Of a stretch of 64,000 nucleotides of DNA, positions 52,401 to 64,000 are shown piece by piece. Source of the stretch: Bilabrum cf. latius (Eukaryota); assembly GCA_965178125.1 (NCBI GenBank), contig OZ237758.1:744001-808000 (forward strand), given 5' to 3'. The position numbers were made by a program, and so were the translations under genes. A model generated the notes under the pieces. It was not told the origin of the DNA, made no database searches, and saw only the letters and a program-made list of their open reading frames with translations. Every line of letters begins with the position of its first letter. Positions within the stretch are counted from its first letter, which is position 1.

Positions 52401-53611
52401 TCTACACGTGCCTGGCCCGCGTGCTCTTCATGCAGGAGGATCCGGAGCTGAAATTCGACGTGTTCATCCGCCCGGTGATGGAGGTGCTGGACCAAATCAC
52501 CCCCCGTGTGGCCGCCAAGGAGAACTCTGAAGAGCTATCGCGGCGCGTGGCGGGCGTGGCCCGTGATCTGAGGGGGATCGCGGCCGCGGCACACAACAAG
52601 CGGACGTACAGGCTGGTGTACGACGCCGTGTTCCCCAGCCGCATCACGCCATTAGTCCAGAGCTGCCAGGTCTTTGCGGACAAGCCCCACGTGAGCAATC
52701 CGGTGCTCAAGTGTTTGGCAGAGCTGGCCTTCAACAGGGGCATACGGATCAGCTTCCCTTCGTCCTCCCCGAACGGGATCGTTCTGTTCAAGTCTCTTGC
52801 CAACGCGCTCGTGCTGTACCAAGGCGCTGCACTGAGGCTGCCGAGACCCCCACCGCAGCGGGTATATCCCGCCAGGTATAAAGGCCTCATGGTTGCCATG
52901 CGTGTGCTAGAGAGGGCGCTTCACGGCGGGTACTGCCCCTTTGGTGTGTTCGAGTACTACAAGGACGCGTGCCTGAAGAACGCGCTCAAGACGGGCCTGG
53001 TGATGATGCGCGACATCCCGCCGCAGGACCTGCCCATGCATCCAAAGCTCAAGCTGGCGTTCTACGACCTCTTGAGCATCTTGTTTAGGAACCACATGCC
53101 CACTGTGGCTGCCGTGCCCCCGGGCGTGTTCCAACCCCTCATCAAGCTGATCAAGAGCGGCCTTGAGGACCTCGACACGGGCGCGAGCACGTCGGCGGCA
53201 CAGGCAGCCGATGCATTGGCCACGTCGTACGTGAAGGGTGTCCACAAGGAGGCCCCTGAGACGAGGCTCCTCACGGCACACGTCAAGGCCATGCCCCAGA
53301 TATTTGAATACCTCATGCAGCACCTCTTCTGGATCGTCGCATTCAGTGACGTCAGCAACCACTACACGCTCTCCAGGCCGCTGCTCAGCCTCATGGTGGC
53401 AGCCGCGAGAGTGAAGGGCAGCGCCTTCGCAGAGATGAGGGAGAAGATCCTCAAGGCGCAGAAGCACCAGGAGAAGAGGGAGAAGCTCCGGGGCGAGTTC
53501 AAGCTCCTCGTGGAGGGCATCACGTCGTCTCTAGATGCGCCCAATCGGGAGCGATTCGCGAGGAGGCTGACCCTCTTCAAGCTTAGGGCCAAGAGCCTCG
53601 TGCCGTTGTGA
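49493..53611 (+). CDS. XPO7: Exportin-7 / RanBP16-17-like; exons 49493-49772, 49988-50148, 50315-53611; 2 in-frame TAG in exon 1
   Basis: Motifs RLQMRNYMMRFLAKKGP, ITKHSWF, HRRTAVSFRD, CLGFDFVGT, LASVRRGLF, RVKSNFQLSE, RTKFYTCLARVLF, RDLRGI, FPSSSPNGIVLF, SRPLLSL; ends TGA. Confidence 0.92.
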
Positions 53612-53759
53612 GTGTGACGAGTGCTTTGATTGGATGGACAGATCGGATTCTCTGAGCCAGTCTGAAGCAAGCACGATAATCGTTTCTCAGTGGCGTGCAT
53701 ACGCACCTTCACGGAATAACCCACACACATTTGTTTTGCAACCGCCCCCACATGGGGCC

Positions 53760-54944
53760 TCACTTCCTCCTCCTCCTGCCCGGCCCCTTGGGCCTAGACG
53801 ACAGCATGCTCTCCTGGGACTCGCCACCAGCAGCCGCGGCGCCCTCCCCTGCCCCCCCGGCCGCCGCCCCGCCCCCGCCCCCGCCCTTCGCCTTGCTGAT
53901 TGCCTCTTGCACGTCGTCCGCATCCCTAGCCTCATACTGTGCAGCGATCGCGACGCCGGCGGCAGCGGCAGCCGTCACAAAAGGCCGCTTCGCCGTGGAG
54001 CTGACCATCCTGGGCCTGGCCTTGGCGGTGTCGGGGCACACAAACAGCATCGCCACGGTGCTCGACGCGTCCTGCTTCTCACCGCCTTCGCCGGCACCGG
54101 CCGCCTCCTTATCTTCTTCCTGTGACGAGTGCGCGGAGAGTGGGGTGCCCCTGAGCAAGTAGTAGGTTGGCTTGCCATCCTCCTTGGCTCGGTCCGCGAG
54201 GGAGGGGAGCTCTGCCTCGGTGGGCGGCGACTCTCCGGACTCTACCAAGGTGAGACGCTCCGTCTTCATGCCCACCCTCGCCGCGATGAACCCCAGCGAA
54301 CCTCCAGCGAAGGATCGCAGCGCGTCCTGCAGCTTTTCGGTGGCCTGAAACGGGACGGCTGCCCCGCTCGACGCGCCTCTCGTCGGCGATTTCATCAGGG
54401 GTGATCCAATGCTTGCCGAGCCGGAGTCCTCAAGCGCTTCTGCGGCGGCAGCTTCCATCTCGCGGGCGGCGGCGGCTTCGGCCTCATCGGCCTGGGCTCG
54501 CAGCTCTTCCACGTGAGACATAACTCGCGCGTGGTGTCCCGATTTGGATACCCAAGCCTCGAACTCGGCGAAGTCGATATCATCTTCTGTCGTTGCCTGG
54601 TACTCGCCGCGTACTTCGAGTCCAGCCGCGGCCAACGCGCCATGCACCACGGATACAGAAAGGGCAACCGGCATCTTGGCAATACTCTTCGCTGAATCTG
54701 GGGACAGGTGCACGATAGCAACCTCTCCCGATGCCAACTGAGTAATAAACACACAAGGACGAGAATCAGCGTACGCTGCAGCGATGTTGTTGGTGAAAAG
54801 GGTTTCGGGATCTTTCTGAGTTGACGCTACCACTATCTCGGCCTTTGGCTGCTTCAACTCGATTCCCTTGTCGCCCTCTCCCGCAGCTAGAGACTCCAAT
54901 ATGCTCTTGAGATCATCTCCTACCCGTGCTCCGCCAGATACCAT
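53760..54944 (-). CDS. TWF: Twinfilin-like actin-binding protein (two ADF-H domains + basic tail)
   Basis: Two ADF-H-like units (HLSPDSAKSIAKM; FVCPDTAKARPRMVSSTAK) and C-tail SRPKGPGRRRRK resembling the twinfilin KPKGP tail. Probable start is MVSGG at 54944. Confidence 0.75.
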   Translation of the reverse strand: MVSGGARVGDDLKSILESLAAGEGDKGIELKQPKAEIVVASTQKDPETLFTNNIAAAYADSRPCVFITQLASGEVAIVHLSPDSAKSIAKMPVALSVSVVHGALAAAGLEVRGEYQATTEDDIDFAEFEAWVSKSGHHARVMSHVEELRAQADEAEAAAAREMEAAAAEALEDSGSASIGSPLMKSPTRGASSGAAVPFQATEKLQDALRSFAGGSLGFIAARVGMKTERLTLVESGESPPTEAELPSLADRAKEDGKPTYYLLRGTPLSAHSSQEEDKEAAGAGEGGEKQDASSTVAMLFVCPDTAKARPRMVSSTAKRPFVTAAAAAGVAIAAQYEARDADDVQEAISKAKGGGGGGAAAGGAGEGAAAAGGESQESMLSSRPKGPGRRRRK

Positions 54945-55119
54945 TTCTGCGGCTCTTGCTTGTGTCCCCACTGCGAAGCTAAAATCCGTATTTCCAATGT
55001 TTGGTAACGAACACTTTGCTGGAAGCTTGCCCGATCCACCATACTGCCATTCCCCTGGTCGTCCAGGCTGTCTATCGCGCACTTTCGCGGCCCTATCTTA
55101 TTTTAATAATATACGTGTC

Positions 55120-58100
55120 ATGGACAGGGTGAGACAGTGACGAAACAACCGATTACCTTCGAACGATGCAGCGATACAACAATAATTCAAAACCTAAATA
55201 TCTTGTATCTGTGCTGCTTGCCGTAATTCGCAGTTTCTGTAGCGGCAGCCTAAACCAGAAGCTGGTACAGTTTCTGAGGGTGCTTCTGCCGCGGAGTCTG
55301 AGAGAAAAGACGATTCAAAACCTAGCCCGGCTGCAACGCAATCTGCACCGGCGCAGCAGGTGCCGGGCGCCCAGGCGTCTGAACCTGCGAGCTCCAGTAG
55401 CCCGACGGCTCCGCCTTTGCAGTCAGGCTCCAAACTGTCGGGTGGCAACCCTGCGTAGTCCAGCTTGGCTTCGCTATCCAGGAGCGGCTCATCGAAGAGC
55501 TCGGCATCCTCAGCCAGCGCATCCTCTAGCTCTTCCTCAAAAGCAGCCCCTGGAAAGAGCCTCAGTGCCATCATGCGAGATCGGTAGCAGGCTTCAGCTC
55601 AGCTGCAAACTCTTTAGAAGGAGCTTCAGAAGCTGACCCGCCAGGAAACCGCCATCCGCAAGCGTGCCGACGACTACGAGCGCAAACACTTGGAAAAAGA
55701 AGAGGCCCTGCGGAAGCAATTGCAGGCGCTGTAGAAGCCGTCCAAGGTGAGGTACACATGTAATCCCCCGCACACTCTCGGGCGGCATTCCTTGTCAATC
55801 CGTGGGTCGCAGACACTACGGTGCGTCCAGTGGACACGTCCCCGAGCACTTGCTCCGCGCCCCCGGGCCTTCCCCCCCCCCCCCCCCCTCACACCCCACC
55901 AACCGACACACCGCGTACCCCGCCGCCAAACTCATCCTCCGCAGAAGCGCTCTACCCAGCCATTCCCTGCTCCCGACGCCATGGTACCCTTGCTGCAGCG
56001 AGCCGCGGATTTCGCACAGACGCAGCAACGCCAGCAGCAGCAGCAGCAGCAGCAGCAGACCAAGCCGGCCGGCAAACCGGAAGCAGCCGCTCAATCGGCC
56101 CCGTAGTCGGAGGGCAGCGCCGCCCCCGCAACCCCACCCACCGGCGCGAAGACAAAGGCTAGGCCAAGCCGGCCCGCCCCCCGGGACCTCGCAGAGGCGC
56201 TTCGGCTGCCACACGCCTGCGTTGGGGACGTATTGCAGGCGTGGGATTTCCTCCGCAGGTTCATACGCCGCGGCTTCCTCGATGCCTCCCCCAAGGCGTG
56301 TGCGGAGGGCATGGTGGACTGCCACGAGGACGTGCAGGTGGACGATCCTGCCACGCTGGCGGCCCGGCCGGCCGATGGGACCGCGACCGTGGGCGTGAGG
56401 AGCTCTGGGCGGAGCCGGATGGCTGTTGCCGGTAGCAATGATGCGTCAGCGACTGCTGGTACGTTGCCTGGGTCTAATTCCCTGGAAGTCTCCTCTTCGG
56501 CCACCTCAGGCAGCGGCTCTGCTCTGCAGTCGGATCGAGCAGACAAGGCCGAGAAGATGCAGGCTTCCGGACTCACGCTCGACCTGGGAAACCTGGAGCT
56601 GGAGGAGCTGAGCATCGCGCTGCGGCGCCCCGAGTTCCGCTGCGCCCGCGTGCTGAACAGGCTGCACACCGCTCTGCTGAGGGTCGTGCTGGAGGATGTC
56701 GAAGGCAGCCTTGAAGACCGCGCCAAGAGCGGCAAGCACGGCCACGGGAGCCACGGAGGGGGGCACGGGTCGCTGATGCTAGAGGCGGCCGAGGGCGTCA
56801 CGGGAGCCTCTGCTTCCCTACGGGCCCCCAAGCTCGCCATGCTGTCGCCGCTGACGTGGCCACATCTCCTCGGGTGAGACAAAGAGAGCACTGTGCGGCC
56901 ACCTGCACGCTGACGAGTTGCGATGAGCTGCGGGGTTTCCGCTGCTGCAACAGACCCCAACCATAGCGCGTTGCTCTTTCTGTGGGTCACCCACGTCTTC
57001 CATTCTTGTGTTTTCTCCATGGTCGCAGCTAGATGCTTGAAGACGGTCTCGGAGATGACTGGGAAGAGTTCCAGGATCTCGCCACGCCCGGTAAGATCAA
57101 GCCCTTGTGTTGCAATTGTTCCGACGGAGGGCCTTGCTTGCGTATCCCGTTGCGGCTGTGTGCTTGCTTGCCTTGCGTGCGCTTGGTACTGTGCTTGTAC
57201 CGGTGTATCTTGACACCGCTTAAATGCCTCTGTCTCTACTGTTGGTTTCACCTAAATGGCTCCCACTCATCCCTCTGTGGTCGCAGGCGTTCGGGCGGCC
57301 ATCCGCCGCCTCAACAAGGCAGACTACGCCGCCCTCTCTATCGCGGAGCGAGTGGCCATCCTCAAATACCTGGTGGACTGCGTCACTGCCACCATCAATT
57401 TCTCCGAGATGATGGACGACGTGGACGTCCAGCGACAGGAGGCCGTGAAGGAGCACGCCTCCGAGGAGGAGAGGTACCTGGCAAGAATCAAGAAGCAGAA
57501 GCAGGAGGCCAAAGAGGCTAGCGCGGAGAGGGTCGAGAAGCTGCAGGAGCAGCTCAAGCTGGCTCTGGAAGAGCTGGGCGAGGACGACGACAGCATGGCA
57601 CCCAAACCCAAGGCAAAGGCCAGCTCGGCCAAAGGCAGTAACACCTCCAAGGCAGCTGCGAGCGGGAAGAAGCCGAAAAAGGAGGGCGAGAGCACGGCCT
57701 CGAAGCAGGCAAAGCTGCCCGTGGCCTCCAGCGGGCAGGCTGCCATGGAGGACGGCGAGCAGGCCGGCTCTGGCGGCACAAAGGCAGGGGGTGCGGACAA
57801 GGACGAGGTGCTCGAAGTGGAAGACAGCTCTGGCGAGGAAGACGAGGGCGAGGGCGATGATGAAGAGGAAGATGATGATTCCGACCTCGATTCGGTCGGT
57901 AGCTTCAACTCGCAGGCGAGCGAATTCAAGGAGATGGGCAGCGCGGCGGTGAGGCAGAAGCGGCTGGAGCACGACAGGCACAGGAAAGCCAGGATCGAAG
58001 AGAAACGAAGGCAGAAGCGACTCGCCAAGGCCGCAGAAACAATCGAGACCAAGCGGACCGAGCTGATTGCGGAGATGAAGGGTGCTGCAGCCGCCAAGGA

Positions 58101-60849
58101 CATCGACAGGCTCAGGCAAGCGATCACGCGGGCACAGGACAGCGCCTGCGAGTTTGTGATCGGGAGGGGCAAGGGCAAGCGCAGGTCTCCCAGCCTGCTC
58201 CGTGCCATGATCGAGGAGCAGAGGCTGGAAGAGACGCTCGAGATCTCTGCGATCAACGAAAGAGCAGAGGAGAACCGCCTGCGCAAGCTCAGAAGGCACT
58301 TCCGTCGGTTGGAGCCCCACCGCACCCAGGCACTCTGCTTAGGACGGGACGGGCTGCGCAGAACATACTGGTACTACACGCACGACAGGACGGCTATTTA
58401 CGTGGAGCAGCCCGTTTTTGACTCTGCCGCACAGGAAGTGGCCGTCAAGGAGGCTGCCAGACGAGCGGCACACAAGGCCGCCAGCGCGGGCGGCATCGCG
58501 AGCGTGAGCGGTGCGACCCCGCTCAGGCCTGTCCTCGCTTCCACTGGAGCGGCGGGTGCTGTGGCATCCGACAGAAGCGGTTCCTCGTCCTCTGGAGCTG
58601 CGGCCATGTTAGACGGGGACGAGGGCGAGGCGTAGGCGTCGTCCGCACCGGCTGCTGCCGCTCCCCTTGAGACGGCGGTTCCCACGGTGCTGGTGGGCGG
58701 CACCTGGGACCGGCTGGACGACAAGCTTCGGATCGCGGCCGAGGAACGACTCGCGGAGGACGCAGTGATCGCGCAGGCCGCGATCGCCCAGCGCTAGCCC
58801 AAGCTGGAAACGGTCGTGTGGGGCAGGATCGAGACTTTCGAGGCGGTGCAGCAGCTCCTCGACTCGCTGGACCGGCGTGGGGAGGACGAGGACGATCTGT
58901 TCCGGCAGATTGAGGCGTGGTCCCAGGTTCTCTCCAGCTCGATCCCCACTGCTGAAGAGCTGGAGGAGGAGGACGAGGCCGGTCCGCAGACAGACGACGA
59001 AGCCATGGAGGACGATGAGGGCGAGGACGAGGAGGGTGCTGGCAGCAAGGGAGGCCGCGGCGTCGGCGCAAAGGAGGTTGAGGAGGAGGAGATGGATGGC
59101 GCCGTGGCCATCGCCATCAAGCGCTCTATGCGGGGGAACAAGGCGCCCAGAGGTACCGTCGAGTCTGACGACGAGGGCGAGGCCGAGCTGGAGCTAGACA
59201 GCTTCAAGTACGGCGGCGGCGGGGTCGGAAGCGGGAGCATCGATAGCGCCAGTGCACGACCCTCCAGGGAGGAGCGAGAGGAGATGAAGGAGAAGCAGCG
59301 CCTGGAGGAGCTGGAGCGGGCGAGGAACGGGGGCAAGACGAGGAAGAGGGGCAGGGTCAAGTACTCTGCCTTCATCCCCAGGAAGAGGAGGCGCACTGAG
59401 AGCGATGCTGCCGTGGAGCAGCGCACGCCTGGCAAACTCTTTAGCGCATTCCGCAACCAGAGGCGAACGACGCTGCGTCGCCGACTGGACCTGGGTCACG
59501 GCGCGGGCTCTGGCTCCGATGGAGACAGCGACGAGGACGAGGACGGCAGCGACAGCGAGGTGGAGGAGATGCTGAACGAGTCGCTGTTCGAGGGAGGAGG
59601 CGGAGTGGAGGGCGTGGGGAACAAGGACCACCCGTACGACGAGCTGAGTGCGCCTGCAGGCAACTTGTGCAGTCTGAGGTCGACCTTACTGCGCATGGAG
59701 GAGCAGCTGAGGGACGCCCTGCATGCCGCCAAGGCCCCGTGGTACGTGAAGGCAGGCCAATCCACCGGTGGATCGTCCGGTGCGGGGGCGGCGTCGTCAT
59801 CGTCGTCTTCGTCCGCGTCTTCGTCTTCTTCGTCTCTGATGAAGCTCAGCGTGGCGGGACCCATCGACCTGAGCGCCTTGCCCCCCCCGCGCGGCGCGTG
59901 GGTCACGGACGTGAGAACTGCCACAAGTCCCCACCAGCTGTCCAAAGCGGCGCTGCTACTGGAGGCACAGGCATATCACCCCCAGAGGGCCAGGAGGCTC
60001 GCCAGGCTGGCGGCATCTGCCGGGGAACGAACCAAGGGCGAGGGGGAGGATGAGGAGGCTGGCGGGAAGGCTGCAGCGGAGGATGACCCTGCGACGGGCT
60101 GGTCTGACGGGGAACAAGAAGACGAGGAGGAGCAGGAGCAGTCCAAGGGTAGTGCCAAGGGGGCCGCATCCGAGGGCGGTCAGGCCGCGATGGAATCCGG
60201 CGAGGAGGAGGAGGAGGAAGAGGAGGGCAGCAGGAACGGCGAGGAGGACGAGGACGAGGAGGACGAGGAGGAAGCCGACCTGACACAGGGGGCAGTGTGG
60301 ACGCTCCGGTCGCTGAGGAGGCGCTGGAGGTCCGCGGCGAGGCGGGCCGTCACGGTGCATTCCATTGCGGTGCTGTTGCTGGAGCTCCAGGAGCGGGCGG
60401 CAGTGGCCGGGCTGTGCCCCGCGCCCACCTCGCTGGTGGTGCGTGCCACCAGGAAGGCCGCATTGAAGAAGGAGAGAGAGGAGGCGGCCCGCCGCAGGCG
60501 TGAGGCCCAGAACAAGAAGAAGAGCGGGAAGGGCGCCTCGGGCTCGTCCCGAGGAGGTTCCGCATCGCGCGGCGCCGCTACGGCTGGCTTCGAGGAGGCC
60601 TTCGGCTCTCGTCGGAGCTTGCGGGAGAGGACGAAGCGAGTGTCATACTCTGACATGGGAGGCGGTGGTGGTGACTCGGATGATGAGGACTACCACAGGG
60701 GCAGCAGGAGGGGCCGCCGGGGCGTGATTGATTCCGACGAGGAGGACGAGGACGAGGAGGCCGAAAGGGCCAAGGCCGAGCTCATGGGGTTGCGCCGCTC
60801 TGGGCGTGCGGCTGCTTCGAACGCTCGTCGAAACATTCGGCGATCGTGA
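55120..60849 (+). CDS. DDT + WHIM1/2/3 chromatin-remodelling (ISWI partner) protein; exons approx. 55120-55128, 55234-55746, 55945-56873, 57029-57090, 57287-60849; ~9 in-frame TAG
   Basis: DDT: VGDVLQAWDFLRRF ... LHTALLRVVL. WHIM1: LSPLTWPHLLG* ... DYAALSIAERVAILKYL. WHIM2: LGRDGLRRTYWYY. WHIM3: WGRIETFEAVQQLLDSLDRRGEDEDDL. GT-AG introns are phase-consistent; ends TGA. Confidence 0.85.
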
Positions 60850-61004
60850 GTGCAATACAAAGTTCTCATGTTCCCCGTGAGCTACGATTCACTATTCGGT
60901 GCAGGTGGGCCGCGAACTCCGGTTGCACACGTTCATAGTGTGTACATAATGGCAGTCACAAACTATGCACTTCTTTTCAAACCAAGGTAGCAATTAGCTT
61001 GCAA

Positions 61005-61250
61005 TCATACGGCAATCTTTTCGCTATATCTCCACAGCAAGAAGACGGATGCCGCCCACAATGCCCCATGCAGAGCTAGTTCCCGGTACTTAGCCCCTTC
61101 AGCACTCTTCATGTCTACAGTCTGCTTCACAACGTCCTCAACCGCCCTGAATGGCCCTTTCATAAGACCTGCAACGTCCATGTCACGAAACCAATTCCCC
61201 CAGCTGTGTATAGTGAGGGGCAAAGCGCGGCTTCTTTCGAGTTCAATCAT
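61005..61250 (-). CDS. Small protein (58-81 aa) with a C-terminal TM helix
   Basis: ORF fills the gap between two genes. Hydrophobic LALHGALWAASVFLLW near the end; alternative start at 61181; ends TGA. Confidence 0.5.
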   Translation of the reverse strand: MIELERSRALPLTIHSWGNWFRDMDVAGLMKGPFRAVEDVVKQTVDMKSAEGAKYRELALHGALWAASVFLLWRYSEKIAV

Positions 61251-61342
61251 AGCGCAACAACATGCAGTAAATCAGATTAAGTTGCCCAGGTGCAACCGCC
61301 AAGATCACTTTGGCAAAAAGGGTAGCAGAAGACAAATACATC

Positions 61343-64000
61343 ATGTCTGAGCCATACAGTTAGGCGTTAACAAGTGATGACGATGCGCTGCCTCGAAGCC
61401 TCTTGCTTGGCGAGCTTGACCCAAGATTGATCAACCGAACGGGCTTGCTTTCGATGCGGCTGAAAGCTGGAAAGCAAAGTGTGAAGCGACTCATGGGATT
61501 CTTCTCTGCCCGCGCAGCTGCAGAACGCGCGTATGCAGCCCACATGATGGACTGGGCAGGGAAAGAGGCGGCGGCTGGGAATGCAGGAGTTGGGTTGGAT
61601 TCTAGCGTTGCAGCCGCTTTGGAGACGGCTCTTCGGCATGCGAAACAAGAAGGAAGCAGAAGAATGCAGTATGCGCTATTTTTGCAGCGCGAGGTAGCCT
61701 AGAGTCAGTCTCATTTGCTAGAACAGCTTCGAGCGCGGAAGGCGGATCTCGAACTGGCCGAGCGCGAGAGCGAGCGCATCAGGTCTGCAAGTCAGGAAAA
61801 CATGCTTAGAATCCATAGGTAGCACGAGCAGCTAACCACTGAAGGCCAAAGGATAGCAGACCGCGTCCGCACTCTGCCTCGCGGCTCGGCCGACAAGGAA
61901 GTGTGGCAGGGCAGGCTGCGGGACATTCAGGGCAAGATCGGAGCAGCGGAGCAGGCACTCCTCAAGTCGTCCGAAATGCAGCGATCCACGCACGCCAGAT
62001 TTGCTAGAGAGGAGAGGAAGCTGGCCGCGAGGTACGTGCAGCTGGAGGAGAGGCGCCTCCTCGAGACCTCACGAGTGCTCGTTCAGGCAGCCGAGCGCGA
62101 GAGGCAGCTGCTCCGATCCTCGTATTCAGAGGTTGCAACAGCCCTGACCAAGGCCAAGGAGGTGTCCCCGTCCAGGGAACTGGGCCTGTTTCAGCGCAAG
62201 GCGGTCGCTAGGCTGGTCAGGGATCGGGTCGTGTCACAGCACGCCCACCTGGCGGCACTGCCTGATGACCCACGCAAGAAGGCGCAAGAGGAGCAACAGC
62301 GCCGCGCAGAGGCGGCTGCGGAACTGCAGCGGGCGGCGGAGCGGCGGCAAGAAGCGCAGAGAAGCCGGTGGGCCGCCGTGGCGGGTCAGGCCGAGGCGGG
62401 AGGGCGGCAGCTGTTGACCTGGCTGGAGGGAAGGGACGGCAGCTCGGCGGCAGCTGTGGCCAGTGGAGGTGTTGATGCAGGTGCTGGCGCCGATGCTGGT
62501 GGCGACGGCTCTAGTACATCCCAGTCCGGACGCGCGATCGAATCTTCATCGTCACCATAGGAAACCCCGAGTGACGGCGCCGCCACAGGCTCAGCGGCCG
62601 TGCTTCCAGGGAGGATGGATCACACGGCAGCGGCTCTTGCACGTGCGCTGACCGTGCGACCCTCACGCCCCGACACGTCAGTGGTCGTAGTATAGGCACG
62701 CTCGTCGCACGATTCCAGCGCGCTGAATCGGAGCATGGAGGCTGTGCTTGGGCCACTGAGGGTGGCCTGTTTCGAGACATTCGTGCTGGGCAGCGACCAG
62801 GTGCAGGACACTGCGCTGTCGAGCATGCACCTAGTACCTGATGGGGACACTGCGCCTGGCGTGCGATTCAGGGCCACGAGACACGCGGCTGCCACGCTGG
62901 GAGTGACGCGGCAGCAGAAGCACCTGCTGCCGGATCTGCTGAAGCTGAGCGTAAAGCACCTCCGGCAAGAGGCCAGCGACAAGAAGCGCGGCGCGAAGCC
63001 CGGTGCCGGCACAGATGCTCATTCGCATCAGCTTCTCCCCCGCTTGCTCAGAGACTCCGTTCGATTGCGACTGCACATGCTCAACGAGACGGCAACATCG
63101 GCAGTGACGATGCGGCGCTAGGGTACCAGGCGTCATGCCATCGTTGTGTGCTGCGCGCTGCAGGCTCTGCTGGCTCAGGTACTGGATCAATCGAGTCCAC
63201 CGGCTGGGAAAGCCGAGGAGGAGAAGGGCACTGCCACAGAGCTGCAGTCGGAGGCGAAAGGGCTCAGAACGGCGCTGTCTGGTCTGTGGACTCGCATATT
63301 CAAAGCCACCGAGGAACCAGACGACGCAGACGCAGGCGGTACAGCTGGCCCAGACGCAGACGCTGACAGCTCGTCTTCGGCAAAAGGCAAGTCGAAGGCA
63401 AAGGGCAAAGGCAAGGCCGGCAAGACCAAGCGCGGCTCAATGGGTGGCAAGAAAGCAGCCGCTGAGGACGAAATCAAAGCAAAGGGGCAGTCGGGCAGTG
63501 CCAAGGGCAGCAAGGTGAGGAGGGGGTCGATTACGAGACCTAGGCGACTTTCCTCGGCGGTTTCCGTGGAAGGCCTAGCCAAGGAGCTGCACGGTCTCGC
63601 CGACGGCGTGTGTGCACTGGTGGCGCGAGTGAGACGACGGGCTGCTTCTGGAGGGGACGGAAGCAGCGACGATGAAGGGAATGGGGGGACCGAAGATGAT
63701 CATTCGCTGGCATCGTACTGCATCTCGCTGGAACCGCTACCTCTGGGGCTGCGATCCATTATGCTTAGCGTGTTTCTGGGCTGCACTGCCCTGGAATTGC
63801 GAGCTGCAACTGCCGTCACTGGCGTTGCACCCGCTGGTGCTTCCTCGGGAATTGCCACCCCTAGTGGAGCGTCAGGTACAGGCACGCACAACTGCATACT
63901 CGTGGAGAGTCCACATCATCGCGCTACAGACCCAGCAGCGACCGTTGCCGATGCTGCCGGCAGCAAGACTACACCTGGTGCAGATGGCAGCGATGCTGAT
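61343..64000 (+). CDS. F-BAR/FCH-like coiled-coil protein; runs off right edge; 6 in-frame TAG
   Basis: ATG 61343; one frame to the window end, broken only by TAG (61361, 61700, 61820, 62558, 62693, 63119). FCH-like motif LSMRLKAGKQSVKRLMGFFSARAAAERAYAAHM followed by coiled coil. Confidence 0.7.

Noticed and set aside
1-64000. Mass pseudogenisation or sequencing error as the cause of the broken ORFs
   Set aside because: Decay would give TAA, TGA and frameshifts too. Nearly all interruptions are TAG, frames are kept over 8-13 kb, and essential motifs are intact.
1-64000. U-to-C editing, pyrrolysine or leaky readthrough
   Set aside because: U-to-C editing should also leave TAA and TGA in frame. 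Up to 24 TAG per gene is incompatible with leaky readthrough. No shared downstream element or pyl genes are visible. Editing is only formally excluded by RNA data.

Overview
Gene-dense, GC-rich eukaryotic (protist) nuclear DNA with short spliceosomal introns (GTGAG/GTAAG...GCAG) and proteins expanded by Ala/Gly/Ser-rich inserts. The style recalls bicosoecid stramenopiles such as Cafeteria, but that is inference only. Main result: the genes use a non-standard genetic code. By manual count about 90 in-frame TAG codons interrupt otherwise continuous frames of conserved genes (TOR, PI4KIII-beta, exportin-7, cyclin, GST, DDT/WHIM, F-BAR, Clu-TPR, a sensor histidine kinase). No in-frame TAA or TGA occurs inside these models, and the inferred gene ends are 12 TGA, 1 TAA and 0 TAG. 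Conserved positions and a TAG/CAG swap in a tandem repeat point to UAG=Gln with UAA and UGA still stops. Read this way, the fragmented ORF track collapses into about 15 genes. The window also holds an internally deleted in-frame copy of the TOR 3' end, an internally deleted copy of a RING/LON-domain gene, a ~2.3 kb inverted duplication with C2H2 zinc-finger genes of 5 and 6 fingers, and a methyltransferase gene with a frame discontinuity shared by both copies. All domain calls come from motif recognition by eye, with no database search.
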